Shown here piece by piece: positions 21,131-34,169 of a stretch of 64,000 nucleotides of DNA. Within the stretch, counting starts at the first letter, position 1, and each line of letters begins with the position of its first letter. Where the stretch lies: the NCBI GenBank assembly GCA_050575255.1, contig JBNZDD010013651.1:2579004-2643003 (forward strand), written 5' to 3'. The stretch is from Harriotta raleighana (taxonomy: Eukaryota). The position numbers were made by a program, and so were the translations under genes. The notes under the pieces were generated by a model. It was not told where the DNA came from, did no database searches, and was given only the letters and a program-made list of their open reading frames with translations.

Positions 21131-21747
21131 GTATTAAATGAGTATTTGGCTGTACTGATATTTTCCCACTGTTTCTGAAATAGAACACATCGGTTATGGT
21201 GATGCATCATCTCCCTCTTTTAATGCTGTCTCTCGTTGTGCTCACTTATATACCGGCGTAATCCCACTTCTAATAGTTAAACACACTTTGTGTGGTAATA
21301 GACTGAATTAGTTCCTTGATCCAATGACTTACCTCATTGAAAGTCGGTCGCAAGCTCTAGGCTTTGCCACATATTCAGATGGTACTATCCCCATTGTGAG
21401 TCTGTTACTTCTTCAAATGGGTTTGCTGTGAATGGTACAAAAATAGACATAGTAAATATTTTCCCCTCCTTTGTCTGTCTTCAGATCGCACCTGAAGATT
21501 TTCTTTTTTGACCTTGTTTACAGTCACCCCCCCTTTCTTCCTGGCTGAGCGACAAACTTCTGAGACGCTACCTCACATAAATGTATAAATGCTAGTTGTT
21601 AACCTGACTGCATTACTGAGTAACAGTATTTGTTTAACAATATTCATTGTGACTAGGGGTTTTAGAAACATCAATATGATTTTTGAAATAGTTAAACTTC
21701 TTGAATGTTTGAGTCTACACTCCACAGTCTGTGGATCCTGTTCATCA

Positions 21748-21905
21748 ATCATAGAATCATAGAATTTTACAGCACAAAAGGAGGCCATTCGGCCCATCTA
21801 GTCTGTGCCGACTCTTAGAAAAGAGCAAGTCAATCCCATTGCCCAGCTCTCTCCCCATAACCTAACAGACCTGTTCTCCCTAATTAAAGATCTAATTCTC
21901 TTCTC
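21748..21905 (-). mobile_element. CR1 3' end
   Basis: (catagaat)n tail plus acagcacaaaaggaggccattcggcccatc. Near-identical to 32086-32290 and 55661-55810. Confidence 0.85.
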
Positions 21906-22039
21906 TTCTCCATGGAAAAGAAAATAATGCAATATTCAAGTCAATAATTGGGTAAAAAAAAGAGATGTTTCAGAACAGATGTGATAAAATTGTGAATTTC
22001 CTTTGTTTGGAAATGCGTTATTAGTGAAAGGAATTTCAA

Positions 22040-22300
22040 GATCCTCACTCTTGTTTTCAAGTCTCTCCACTCCTCTGCACCCCCCTTCCTCTCTGACCTC
22101 CTCTCTCAACAAAGCACCAGTTGCCTTCCCTCCTCCGGTTCTGGTCTCCTCCTTGTCCCCTGAATCCTCCGCACCAACATTGGCAACCGTGCCTTCAGCC
22201 ACTACGCTCGGGCCCGGGATCCGTTATTGTGAAGTGCTCTGAGATGCCAACTGGCATGGAGGGAGCTATATAAATCGAAGTTGTTGTTGCTGTTGTTGTT
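22040..22300 (+). mobile_element. L2-like 3' fragment
   Basis: ttcaagatcctcactcttgttttcaag..gtgccttcagcc..ggatccgttattgtgaagtgctctgaga..gctatataaat..(gtt)n. Confidence 0.75.
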
Positions 22301-23444
22301 TGTATCTCATTAGGGTTGTGAGTAATTTAAATATCTTTATTAGATTTGAAATTCACTGATTGAACCATTAAAGAAAATTGATGATTGTTCAGGTACCTTT
22401 CAGCACTTATTATTTTTATAGTTCCTGAGGCATGTGGAGAGAAAGTTGAAAGTCTGGTTTGTGCAGCTGGTATATTGGATTTCCCAAGCAATGTTCAGCT
22501 GTAGTGAGCCCTCGGTTGTTGCTGAAACAGCGATATCAGCCTGTTTCCTTTGACTAATAACACATTCTCTGCAGGTAGGCAGTAAATAACACAGGACTGT
22601 AGCCCAAGAATGACAGCCATGTCAAGGATAGGAAGAGGTCATTAACCCCACTGTAGCTTGTCTATACATTAGCCCATCCCCCACCTCCACCTGGCATCTA
22701 AATAACTTTTAAATAACTCTTTAATCTCATGTTTTTAGCCTCTTGGTAGATTAATTGCTTTGTAGGTTATTTTCAAGCATTTATCCCAGTTTGAGTAAAA
22801 ACTGATGCTGTATTTGTTTTAAATTTTCAATCCATGGCTGTCTGTGAGACACTGCTGTGCACAATTGGCTTCTAATTTGTGCCCACAAAATTCAGTTAAT
22901 TCACTTTACAGTATATTCTGTGAAGCGCTATGAGACATCTCGAAGACGTGATAAGGCACTATATCAAATGCAACAATTATTATTATTATTGCTGTATGAA
23001 AATTGGCTGTTGCGTTCGCCCATATAACACACAGTCTCTCCACCTTTCAGTGCATTCTGTGGAGCGCTTTGAGATGGCCCTATTGACATGAAAGGGCGAC
23101 AATAAACACAAGACTTATTATTTTTATTATACTGTAGTTGGATTGTATAGAGGAGTGTTAATATCTCATAGTAAGACTGATGGTTAGACTATACAGTATA
23201 GAGAAATGTAACTGTTTATTTGTAAGACTGATAAACCACGCAGAGGAGTATTGGCAATCAGCACATAACATCAAAACTGATTATTAAAAGAACAGGGCTA
23301 TCAGTCTGAACTGAGGATATCCTTTTTTCTCATAAAGTTGGACAACTGGGAAGAGTATAAGTTCTGGTTTTATGCTTTGTGGATCCATCATTTTAAACCA
23401 CTGCTATGAGGTAGGAATCAACCTATGTTACATCAATCAAATAT

Positions 23445-24070
23445 CAAGGCTAAACCTTGGGCAAGTTTCCTTACTCCACATGTCTAATAATAATCCCTCC
23501 CCCAAAAATTGGTAATTTCAATCCAAGACTATTTGTGGTACACTGCTGTGTGCAATTGGCTGCCACGTTTCGCCCACAACTATACAGTCAACTTACCTTA
23601 CAGTACATAGTAAAAGCTTGGTACGGCATCCTCGGGACCTGACTTGCCGTTTAATCAAATGCTGGATATTCGAGTGACAAGTTACCGAAAATCCTACACA
23701 AAAAATTAACTTATTTTAAAACATATCATATTAATAATAGACTAAATAAAAAATAACAGAATATTGTAATGGATACTTGCCAATAAAGCATTCTGTAAAA
23801 TGATCGATAAAATAAAAATTCCAGCATTCGTTAAGTTTAATAAGTGCGCATACGCACACATTGCACGCATGCGCAAAGTGAGCATACTCGTGAGGGTCCC
23901 GGATGGCTCCAGTATGAGATCTGTTTGCTGGAATGGTGAATTGTATTGGGAGATATCGGTTGGTTGAGCGTTCTGGTTGGTTGGGTGCCGGGTAAACAAG
24001 CTTTTATTGTATTCTGTGAAGCGCTTTGAAGACATGAAAAACTATATCAAATGCAAGGATTCTTAATATC
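23445..24070 (+). mobile_element. SINE interrupted by a TcMar MITE
   Basis: The SINE body ends ...ccttacagta at ~23605 and resumes tattctgtgaagcgctttg at 24010. Confidence 0.8.
23608..24009. mobile_element. TcMar MITE related to 3519-4311, nested in a SINE
   Basis: Ends tagtaaaagcttg ... gtaaacaagcttttattg-TA. Shares the internal catattaataat..gactaaataa block with 3670-3770. Confidence 0.7.
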
Positions 24071-24334
24071 AAAATATATGAGATTATGAAACCTTGAATA
24101 CTTTCCAGAACATATTAAAGTTTATTTAAAGTTGGTCTCTAGTTTTCAGATCTGTGGATATCAGTCGAGTTTACTGTGGGGTCAAACACCACTTCAGGAT
24201 TTTAAACTCACATAATCTAGGGTGAAACTCCGATGTCGTTCTGGAGTTGTGTTGTTTAGCCATGTTTGCCTACAAATACAATCACTTGATTTCATGAAAA
24301 AACCCTGTGAAGCTCTTTGAGACGTCTTGATTAA

Positions 24335-25560
24335 GTTTCTCTCCTCAGGCTCTGTCCCACTCCCCCTTCAAAACCGCTGTCATCACTCCTCTCGTTAAAA
24401 AGCCAACCCTTGATCCTTCCAACTGCACAAACTTCAGGCCATCCTAAACCTGCTCTTCCTGGCCAAACATTTGAAATGCATTATTGCAAATCAGCTTTGC
24501 TCATAACTCTCCCTCCATACCTAATCGAATCCCTCCAGTCCGGCTTTCGTCCTGTCCAAGGCACAGAGACAGCACTCATCAAAGTAACAAACAATGTCTT
24601 CTCTATCTGTGACTAGGATTTCCTCTGCTTCCCCCTTGTCTGCTGGGTTTGACACAGTCGATCACACCATCCTCCTCCACCATCTCCTCCCTCATCCACC
24701 CTAGTGGGACCGCACTCGCGTGATTCGCATCCTACATAATAAACGACCAACAATAAATCTCAGTAAATGGTTTTTCCTCCCGCCCGCGCCCAGTGATCTG
24801 GGCCAAGACTTCATCCTTGGCCCCCCTTTTCCTTGTCTACAAAGTCCTCTTAGCGATGTCATCTGTAGACATGGGGTCAGCTTCCACATGAATGTGGATG
24901 ACACCGAAATCTACTTCTCCTCCAACTGTGACTCAGAGACCGGTGATGTCTTGTCAGCTTGGATGACGAACATCAAGACCTGAATGAGCGCAAACTTCCT
25001 GCAGCTGAATGTCAGAAAGATGAAAGCCATATTCTTTGGCTCCTGTCAACATCTCTTCTTCAGGTCTGAACGAATCAACTAATCAACCCTGGGCTCTCTG
25101 TCAGACCGAACCCATGCGCAACTTAGCTATGAGTTTCGATCCGCAGCTATCCTTTCTAATATCCATTCTTTAACCAGGACCATTTTATTCCACCTCTGTT
25201 ACAGTGTCCGCCTCCATCCTTACCTCACAACCAATGCAGCCAAAACCCTTGTCCATGCTTTAGAATTTCCCAAATGGTGTATTTCAATGCCTTCCTCTCT
25301 GATCTCCCCAGCTCCACCACACATAAACTTCACTGTCTGGATATCCACCAGCATAAAACCCTGTCTCCCCATCATACCAGTCCTAGCGAGGCTCCACTGG
25401 CTCCCAATTACCAAACAGATCGATTTCAAGATCCTCTCACTACCTCTCCGATCTGATTTTGCCCCCACCCCACCATCAGTGGCCGTGCCTTCAGCCACGA
25501 CACCCTCAAACACTGGAACTCTCTCCCTCTACTTTGCTATATAAATACACGTTGTTATTC
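24335..25560 (+). mobile_element. L2-clade LINE fragment (decayed RT)
   Basis: Translated pieces FKTAVITPLVKKPTLDPS, ESLQSGFRPVQGTETALIKVTNN, SDVICRHGVSFHMNVDDTEIYFS, IPVLARLHWLPITKQIDFKIL. Confidence 0.9.
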
Positions 25561-25669
25561 AGTGATGAGGTGCTATATTAAATATAAGGATTATTATTAA
25601 TTGAAAATGATTGAGATTGTGGGCAGATGTGAGTTGTGTAAATTGCTCAATTTTGAAGCTCCAGATAGT

Positions 25670-25955
25670 AAGTCTGGCCTCCTCCTTGACCTCCGAATCC
25701 TCTGCTCACCATTGGTGGCTGTGCCTTCAGCCATTACGCCCCAAGGCTCTGGAACTCCCTTTTTCACTCTCTTCGCCTCGACCCCTCCTTTCCTATTTTC
25801 AGGACTTGGCGAAAGACTGTTCTTTTTGATCACGCTTTCGGTCACCTTACTCCCCCACCCCCTGGTTTGGCCCCGGGGATCCGTTATTGTGAAGTGCTCT
25901 GAGACGCTGTCTGATGTGAGGGCGCTATATAAATTAAAGTTGTGTTGTTGTTGTG
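25670..25955 (+). mobile_element. L2-like 3' end
   Basis: gtgccttcagccattacgcccc..ctctggaactcc..ggatccgttattgtgaagtgctctgagacg..gggcgctatataaatt..(ttg)n. Confidence 0.8.
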
Positions 25956-26564
25956 GGGAACTGCATTGGAGCCCTTGATGCAGATGCACGTTGGAAAACC
26001 ACATTTATTAACTAAACCTAGAGGTTGATTTATTTTACAACCAGCTCACTAAAATAACAACAGTATGTCATTTGTACTTGCATTGGGCATTGGTGCATAA
26101 CTAATAAGCAATGGGGATCTAAGGTGTTTTGAAAAATAAATCTGTGAGTGACATACATGGGAGAGTGAGTGGTTCTATAGTTTGCAGTTTATTTTTTCAA
26201 AACCACTATTACGGAGTCATTTATTTGATTTATACCACACGTCTAGAATTGAGATGGAAAATGGTTCAAATAACACGTTTTACGGAGCACCTTGTATTCA
26301 TAGAGATGGAGATGTTTTGTGGGAGCAGGCAGAAGTGTGAGGTAGTGTAAAACTGATTGAATTATCCCTGAAAATGGTGGACTCCCAACATTTGCTTTCT
26401 TCCTGCTGGCTGAAGATCAGCTTCGATTAGCCAAGCAGATGAGAGGCCAAGGGAAAGCAGAGATACAGAACCGAATCCAGCAGCAACAGATGTAACCGAG
26501 GAAGATATTAACAATGGTCCAGATGGGACCCAGTTCATCTTGAGACAGAACGAATCAAGTGAAG

Positions 26565-27670
26565 ATAATAATAATAATGCTTGCATTTGATATGGCACCC
26601 TAACGCAACATTGAGATGCCTCAAAGTGCTTCGCTGAATATATTGTAAAATGAATTGACTATTATTATTTTGTGGGTGAAACCAGTCCCAGATCTCTTAT
26701 TTTGTGAGATCTGGGTGTTCATGTAAACAAATCATTAAAGGTAGCAGGGCAGGGAGAAAAGGCAGTAAAAAAGGCATTTGGTGTACTGAGCTTTATTAGT
26801 AGGGGTATAGAGTATAAGAGTAGGGAGGTTATGGTTATACAAAACACTGGTTAGACCTCAGCTGAAGTACTGCGTCCAGTTCTGGGCACCTTACTTCAGG
26901 AAGGCCATTAAGGCACTGGAAAGGGTGCAGAGGAGATTCACGAGAATGATACCAGGAATGGGGAACCTTAGCTATGAGGACAGGCTGGAGAAGTTAGGAC
27001 TTTTCCCATTAGAGCAGAGAAGATTCCGCGGGGACCTGATAGAGGTCTTCAAGATCATGAAAGGTTTCGACAGGCTGGATAGGGAAAAGCTGTTACTGCA
27101 GGTAGGTGTGTCTGTGACCCGAGGTCACAGTCTTAAGATATCTACCAAAAGAAGCACAGAGGAGGTTAGAAGAAACTTTTTCACTCAGCAAATTGTTTGA
27201 ATTTGGAATGATCTGCCTGAAAGGGTAGTGAGGTCCGATTCGATAGCAACTTTTAAGAGAGAACTGGATAGCTATCTGGGGAAGATGGGCTTGCAGGGTT
27301 ATGGGGAGAAAGCTGGTGATTGGGGTTAATAAAAGTGACATTGCTCTGTCAAAGAGCCGGCACAGACTCGGTGGGCCGAATGGCCTCCTTCTATGCCGTA
27401 ACCTTCTATAATTCTATGATTCTATGAAACACGACAGTCAATTACATACAGCAGTATCCCGTAAACAGTCATGGATTGATTGACCACTTTTTTTTCCAAG
27501 AAGGACTATTACCTCCAAAAAACGATCCACCAATTGATACACAAGTGGGTACTTATTTACTGCTATGTAAACAGAGGCAAATGGAGTAAGGAAACTAGCC
27601 TAAGGTTTTGCCATCGCACCCGGTTCTTCTCGTTTGCGAGGTGAGTGCTCTAACCAATATACTACAGGAC
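26565..27670 (-). mobile_element. SINE split by the CR1 insertion at 26682-27427
   Basis: The minus-strand SINE tail runs to gtgggtgaaac and resumes tgaaacacgacagtcaatt after the CR1 tail (possible TGAAAC TSD). Confidence 0.75.
26682..27427 (+). mobile_element. Relatively young 5'-truncated CR1 LINE
   Basis: ORF 26925..27200 QRRFTRMIPGM..LSYEDRLEKLGLFPLEQRRFRGDLIEVFKIMKG. (ttctatga)n tail. Small 5' fold-back cccagatctc..gagatctggg. Confidence 0.92.
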
Positions 27671-30529
27671 ACTGGAGGATGACTGAAGGGAATAGAGCTT
27701 GATTGGTACAAGTAGGTGGAGATCTAGAAGTCTGGAGGTCAAGGGAGGTGAACGATTACAAAGACCCAAAGTTATAGGATTGGAACATAAAAGAATAAAA
27801 CAAATGAGACATGTCCAGACAGAATGAATGTAACAGCTGGCACAGGCTAGTCAAGGTTGAGCCCTACTGCGGTAGAAAGTGTGTTCAGTTTTTATACCAT
27901 CATGTTATAGTTTGAAGAAGGGAATGCAGGTATTGTGGTTTGTTTTTGATTTATTTTCCAGTCACTCCCAGCATGGATCTGGAGTCGGATTCTGTTCCTT
28001 GTGAATGCATTAGGTGGGTTTCTGAGAAGAAAATGCCACGAGTAATGTTTCCACAGGGTCCTTCCTATGGTTTCACAGATGGTTTCTCAGCAACTGCTCA
28101 GATCTCAACAGGCAAGTTTCTGTGAAAGCAAAATGGATTCTTTTATAATTGCCTGCCATTGCCAAGAGAAAGTTGTGGAGAATGTTGCTACAAACTATGC
28201 AAATGTAGTAATTCTGGTGGCCTGGTGGTAGAGGATGGAGTGGGGCTACACTACATTGGGAATTGAATGATTGGATGCATTCTGGACAAACACAGAAAAT
28301 GATTGGGTGCAACAGAGACTGCTCTTCACATACTCTTCTTCACCTGAACCTCTCGCCATCTTGCGAATATCCAGTACTCAGTAATGTTCTTCATCTGTCA
28401 ATTACGGTCAATTCGCTTTACAGTATATTCATCTCAAGTATGTGATCCCCTTTGATCCCCTCTTTCTCTCGAGACAAACTGGGTCCCATCTGGACAATTG
28501 TTGCTATCCTCCTCAGTTACATCTGCTGTTGCTAGATTTGCTACTGTATATTATTATTATGTATTATGTTCTGTAGCAACTTCCCTAAGCCCCAACATCA
28601 GAAGAGAGTTTCCTGAGTATGGCCTTTGAGTAGGATTGATAACTTAGTGCCAATTTGTGCAGGCTTGAGTGTTTTTGTTCTCTGCTTATTTGCATCAAAT
28701 TTTTTTACACAAGACCCTTTCAGCCAACAGTCTTGGCTGGATTCAAAGCCAGGTCTCCGAAATGTACAAATGGAACACACTTTTTCTCAGGAATATTCTG
28801 GATTTGTGTCACAGCTCCAGGTTTTTCTTTAATTAATTGAACTTGCCCAGTTAGAAACTGAAAGTGATCTAGGGTTGGCAGGTGATTTATCACTCACTAT
28901 GACAAAATAATGTGAGGCACCAATAAACAATTCAAACAGGATGCTTGGCTGTATTGCTAAATCAGTTTAGGTTAGATCCCCAGATGTCATACTCAGTTGT
29001 ACACTGCTCTGGTTAGACCACACTTTGAATTCAGTATACAGTTCTAGTCACCACAACATAAAGTTTTTAGAAACAGTATAAATTAAACAATAATGATGAT
29101 CGGCCCCCGGATCCGTTATTGGGAAGTGCTCTGAGACGTCGTTCGGCGAGGAGGGCGTTATATAAATCCAAGTTGTTGATCCCCAGTATTAGAGTAATAA
29201 GTTATGAGCCATGATTAGTCAAGCTAGGGCTCTTTGGTCTTGAAAGGAATGTTAGCAGGGACCTTAAAGAGGTATTTATTCATCCACCTTTTCTTTCCAC
29301 CTTATTTTCTTTTTGATTGCCTCCCCTTATCCCACCTCTACAGTATTGAGTTGGGTATCAGTCCATCCACTCCAGCATTCTGGCTGATTCCTTATGAATA
29401 CAATATGAATTTTTAAATTCAAACTGTGTGTTGACGATGTGTCTCTATCAACTTGAACTCTCATTCAGCTGATATTTGTGTAAATTTTAATTGCCTTTCC
29501 GCCTCACTTATAGTCCCAGAGAAAGAGAGAGAGAGAGTTTTGTTTACAATGAGATGCAGTAGACCAAGTATTGATAACATATCTTACACACACTGATGAT
29601 CCATTACTCTAGATGTGTGGAGGAGGTTGTCTTTTCTAACCTGCTCAGCAGAAAAATGTTCCCATGATCTGATCACACGACCAGTCTTTTGTGGAGATCT
29701 ACTCACATCTGACCTATTAGCATCCCTTTATCTTACCAAGCCTCACTTCTTCTGACAACCAGATGTGCTCAGTCTGGGACGTGCCTGTGAGAGTTACACA
29801 GACCATTCCTGAACTGCTACGGAAATGTGATCCTCCACTTTTAAAGGCTTTCTGCACCCCTGGCTATATGAGACTCCTTTGGACGAGGAATTTGGGATTC
29901 CTGCAGACAATCGCCAACTCTATCCTTTTCTCCGTATCCTGACTGTGGATTAGGATTTCCAATAGTCATTTAGCTGTGTTCCCTTGTCGCAAGCTACTTT
30001 CCTTAACCACTTTGCTGCCACAGCCTCCATACAGGAAAATCACTCGCGTCAGTCAATCGTCTGGTTTGGGTGGAGGTGTAAGCAATATTTAGTTATGACA
30101 TGCACTCAGGCAATCACAACCAGGCAGCCCATTCACGCTTTAGTCATGGAGTCAAATACAAATACAACCTGGAGGGTAAAACATCCTCAGATGATCAATC
30201 ACCTCCTGTTTTACCTGCAGGACCCACCTGCCCAAAGTCAGGTGTGGGGAACAAGGTAAGGTAATCTGACTGATACTTGTGTAACAGAGGTAAGCTATGG
30301 TTGACTCCGTGTCAGGTTTGTCAGTTTATTGTCTGTCACTGAGCCACATTTATTCAAGGATCAAGGTTGGACTGTGAGGGAAGAGATGTAAGATCATACA
30401 CACAACCCCATCCTCAGGCACATCAGACCAGCAATGGGCTTTTTGTTTTGTTTTTCATTTTCTCACAGTAAATAGCTTTTGTCCAATATTCTTGGAAAAT
30501 GTTTTTCTGAGTCAAGCCCAGATACTGAA

Positions 30530-30935
30530 TAATAATAATAACCCTTGCATTTGATACAGAGCTTCATCATATTATCACAATGTCCAAAAGTGCTTTGAGG
30601 GATTTCCTGTACGTGTGGCGTCGGTGTATTTTTTTAAGCAAATGTAGAAACTAGATTGATACACAGCAATGCAGTATAAACAGTTGTTAAGTGAATGATC
30701 AATTTTATTTGGGGGAATGGGTGACCAGGACACTAGGAGAAACTCCTTTCTCTTTCAAATAGTGCCAATCAGTGAATCTTTAACATGCACCTCAACAGAC
30801 AGATGGGGTCTTGGTTTGATATGTTATCCAAAGGATGGCATCTCTGACAATGCAGTGATCTCTCAACTGTAAGCCAAGACAATGAGGTTAAAGTCCCAAG
30901 AGCGGGCTTGAATCCACAACCTTGTGACTCAGAGT
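30530..30935 (-). mobile_element. Older DeuSINE/SacSINE-like element
   Basis: ccaggacactaggagaaactcc..cacctcaacagacagatggggtcttggttt..ggcatctctgacaatgcag..cttgaatccacaaccttgtgactcagag. Confidence 0.7.
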
Positions 30936-32085
30936 TCAGTATGAAAGCTCAGACATTCTCATTCATATGTCAATCAATCAATCCCAAAACATGTACAAGC
31001 ATTGCGACTAGAGTACCATGCCCTGTCCCTTATGCTGCTGTTTAATGTGTGAAGTGACCAGAGGGATGAATCTCTCTCTGTACTGTACAATGGCCAACAG
31101 AGATTTGCCAAAAATATTTCTTGCCTTTAGATGGAGTCAGTGAGTTAAATACAGGAGTCAGACCAGCTCCCTCCTTCAATCTTGAAAGGAAAAAAACTAT
31201 TTGAGGCCAAAAAAGGAATGTAATACTTCAGCTCTGCTAAGGAGATTTTCAAGATTAACTAACTTCTGGAAAGAGGTCGGAGGAGGCACATGACATGGCA
31301 TCAAGTGGAATAGTAAAAAATACTCTGAAACAGTTGAAATAATAGACATTAAAACTGAGCACAGGAAAGAATAACCAATTGAATTATTATATTTTAAACA
31401 AATTCATGTGCGTGCTTTTATAAACAGAATGTAGAATAACAATGTGCACTAATACAATGCCTATCACTGAGCAAACATCCCAAAGTGCTCCACTCAGTGT
31501 GTGGATCACCAACCTGGGTGAGAAAACAGGGGCTCTGAAGTCATTGACTGGACATGTTGTTGAGATGGATTTTTGAGGAGGATTTTGAAGGCAAAAGAGA
31601 GAGGGTGTAAGATGAAGAGGTTTGGGGGAAGAGTTCCAAAGGAGGGTGAGAAACATGGTTATTGCATGCATAAGGACGTGCTTTGAGCACCTTGGAACGT
31701 ACGCCTGACGTGAAAGGAGCTATTCAAATGNTAAGGCAAAAGAGAGAGGGTGTAAGATGAAGAGGTATGGGGGAAGAGTTCCAAAGGAGGGTGAGAAACA
31801 TGGTTTATTGCATGCATAAGGACGTTCTTTGAGCACCTTGGAACGTACGCCTGACGTGAAAGGAGCTATTCAAATGTAATTTAGTTGTTGTAGGGAGGGA
31901 GAAAGAAAGAGAGGCTATGGCTTGTGAGGGCCTTTGGTTTATTTGTGATGCTCCAACCTGTGAATGGCTGAGGATTGGATTGGTGATCTGCAGCCTACAG
32001 GAAGACTATGGGGAAATGGTGTCAGCTGTTAGTGACTAACAAAATCAATCAGTTAAATCATGGCTGTTTTGCCGCACATTGTATT

Positions 32086-32290
32086 CATAGAATCATCGAA
32101 TTTTATGGCACAAAAGGAAGCCATTCGGCCCATCTAGTCTGTGCCGGCTCTTTGAAAAGAGCAACTCAATCCCAGCTTTCTCCCCATAACTTAACAGACC
32201 TGTTCTCCCTAAATAAAGATCTAATTTTCGTTTAAAAGCTGTTATCGAATTGGCCTCCACCATCTTTTCAGGCAATGCATTCCAGCTCTT
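32086..32290 (-). mobile_element. CR1 3' end
   Basis: ORF 32093..32341 WNALPEKMVEANSITAFKRKLDLYL plus catagaatc tail. Confidence 0.85.
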
Positions 32291-34169
32291 GCGTAATTGT
32301 GCAAATTGTCTGCTGCATATGCCTACAAAATACACAATCATTTCACTTCATACAGTATTGTCACATGTAACATTTCCATGTCTGAATAAGGCACACCAAG
32401 GCATATGTGAATAATTTACTGTTTAAAAGCAAGTCCTGAAGGCACTAATATTAACCACCTCAGGCATCCGATAACTAAAGCTTCAAATCGGGTGAAACCA
32501 GTCTGCATCTTGAGAACTGGGTATGTGACAAGTAGCCTTTTGGGCAGCAAACTGACCATTCCCCCAAAATAATTGTAACCCCCAAAAGAAGGGGGGAAGT
32601 GCCTTCAGCAAATGGGGAGGTGGTGGAGAAAACGGTGGAGGAAAATTGGCAAAAAAAATTCAAAGGAAATCCAAAAAGTAATTCAATTCCTTAATCAGCC
32701 TGAACGCACACACAACTAACAAATAACAGAGAAGTGGTACTTTTCTCATTCCATACACTAGCTTTACTGTGCTCATGTCATCCATTCTCAGCTGAGCGTA
32801 ATGCTACACTGGCTTTCCTTGTTAAAAAAAACAGTAATGTGGTTATCTGTAGAAAAGGGGCCACACTGCGTGCCAACATTTTGGCATTTGAATCGGCCAA
32901 AAACCTTCTGTCGGGGCTCAGCAATGATCCTTTCACATCAGAAGCAAAGACTCAACGGACCAGGGTTAAGAGATGTCTCAATGGGGGTTCAATTCAGGAA
33001 TTATTGATACACTCCAGGCCTTTTGTGGGGAAATGACATGACTTTGCATGTCTTTAACCTGTGGGCTAGACACACACTTGCAATCTGCTCATCCTGTCCA
33101 CAGAGTCAAGGGCTATAACTTTCTTTATGTCACTTCTGAAAGAGTATCCCAAAAAAGGTTCAAAAGTACAATGGGAGGCCGTGTAATACAAATGGGGTTG
33201 AAAGTATATCGCATATTTTGGTTTGTACTCAAATGAACAAGTCCAAATGGCTTCCTTCTGTGCAGAAATGTTCAAGGTTGCACAATCACTGGGGTCTAAA
33301 TCATACCAATTATAATAATAGTAATAATAATGTTTTACATTAGAGGGATGTTTCAAAGCCCTTCACAGTACAGTATATACCTAAAGTGTCTTGGTATCTT
33401 GTAGGCAAACACAGCAGCTAATTTGCACACAACAATGTCCCATATGAAGTAAGTGAATGACCAATGTTAAATTATAAGATTCGCAAAAGGATTTGTACTG
33501 CACCTGGGACCACTGAAATATCACTTGGATGACGTTATTATGGAAGTCGAAACTGAGATTAGCTTTGGTCAGAGCATCTGCAAACAAAGCTTGGGCAATT
33601 CGCTCTTCATGAATCCTCTTGTGAATCCTACAATTTAGAAACCACTATCTCTGTTAAGCAGCGAGGTATAGAAATATGGCCAGTGTGTGTGGGGGAAAAC
33701 TGTTAAGTGTTCACTGTCAATTGGCAGACAGTTCAAATTCCCAAGCTGTTTCAGGTCTAGTGCTCTGCATGGAATCCATCATCAACAAGACAGGAGAACC
33801 AGAAAAGGTCACTGAGAATGCTTTGTGGCTAAGTATTCACAACACATTTAATCATACCTACTTTTACTGACTCGAGGGGGAGCTGGAGCTGAAAACACAT
33901 CTATCAAGGGCTTGTGTGATCAGTAATGCGTTGCTTCAATATAATCCTTGCCCTGAATTTGACCAGAATAAGAGCTGAAAATGAGAAGACAGATTCTTTA
34001 AGAAAACTGAAGTGAAGTGCTGCCCAGATTGTTCTCACTATGTAAAGAACTGGTACAGATCTGAATGTCAAGTTCACATCTTGGGACATCAGGGAGAGAG
34101 GAAATTAGTCTTTTTACTAGGTCTATAAACTCTGAGCTTTAAGTCTGATTGACTCTTTGATATTAATAA

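Noticed and set aside
21333-21425. Minus-strand exon-like segment encoding GIVPSEYV (SH3-like)
   Set aside because: All three frames from the acceptor hit stops and the rest of an SH3 domain is absent.
31587-31877. ~145-bp tandem duplication
   Set aside because: N at 31731 lies exactly at the junction; contig-overlap artefact. The same applies to the short duplication at 16627.
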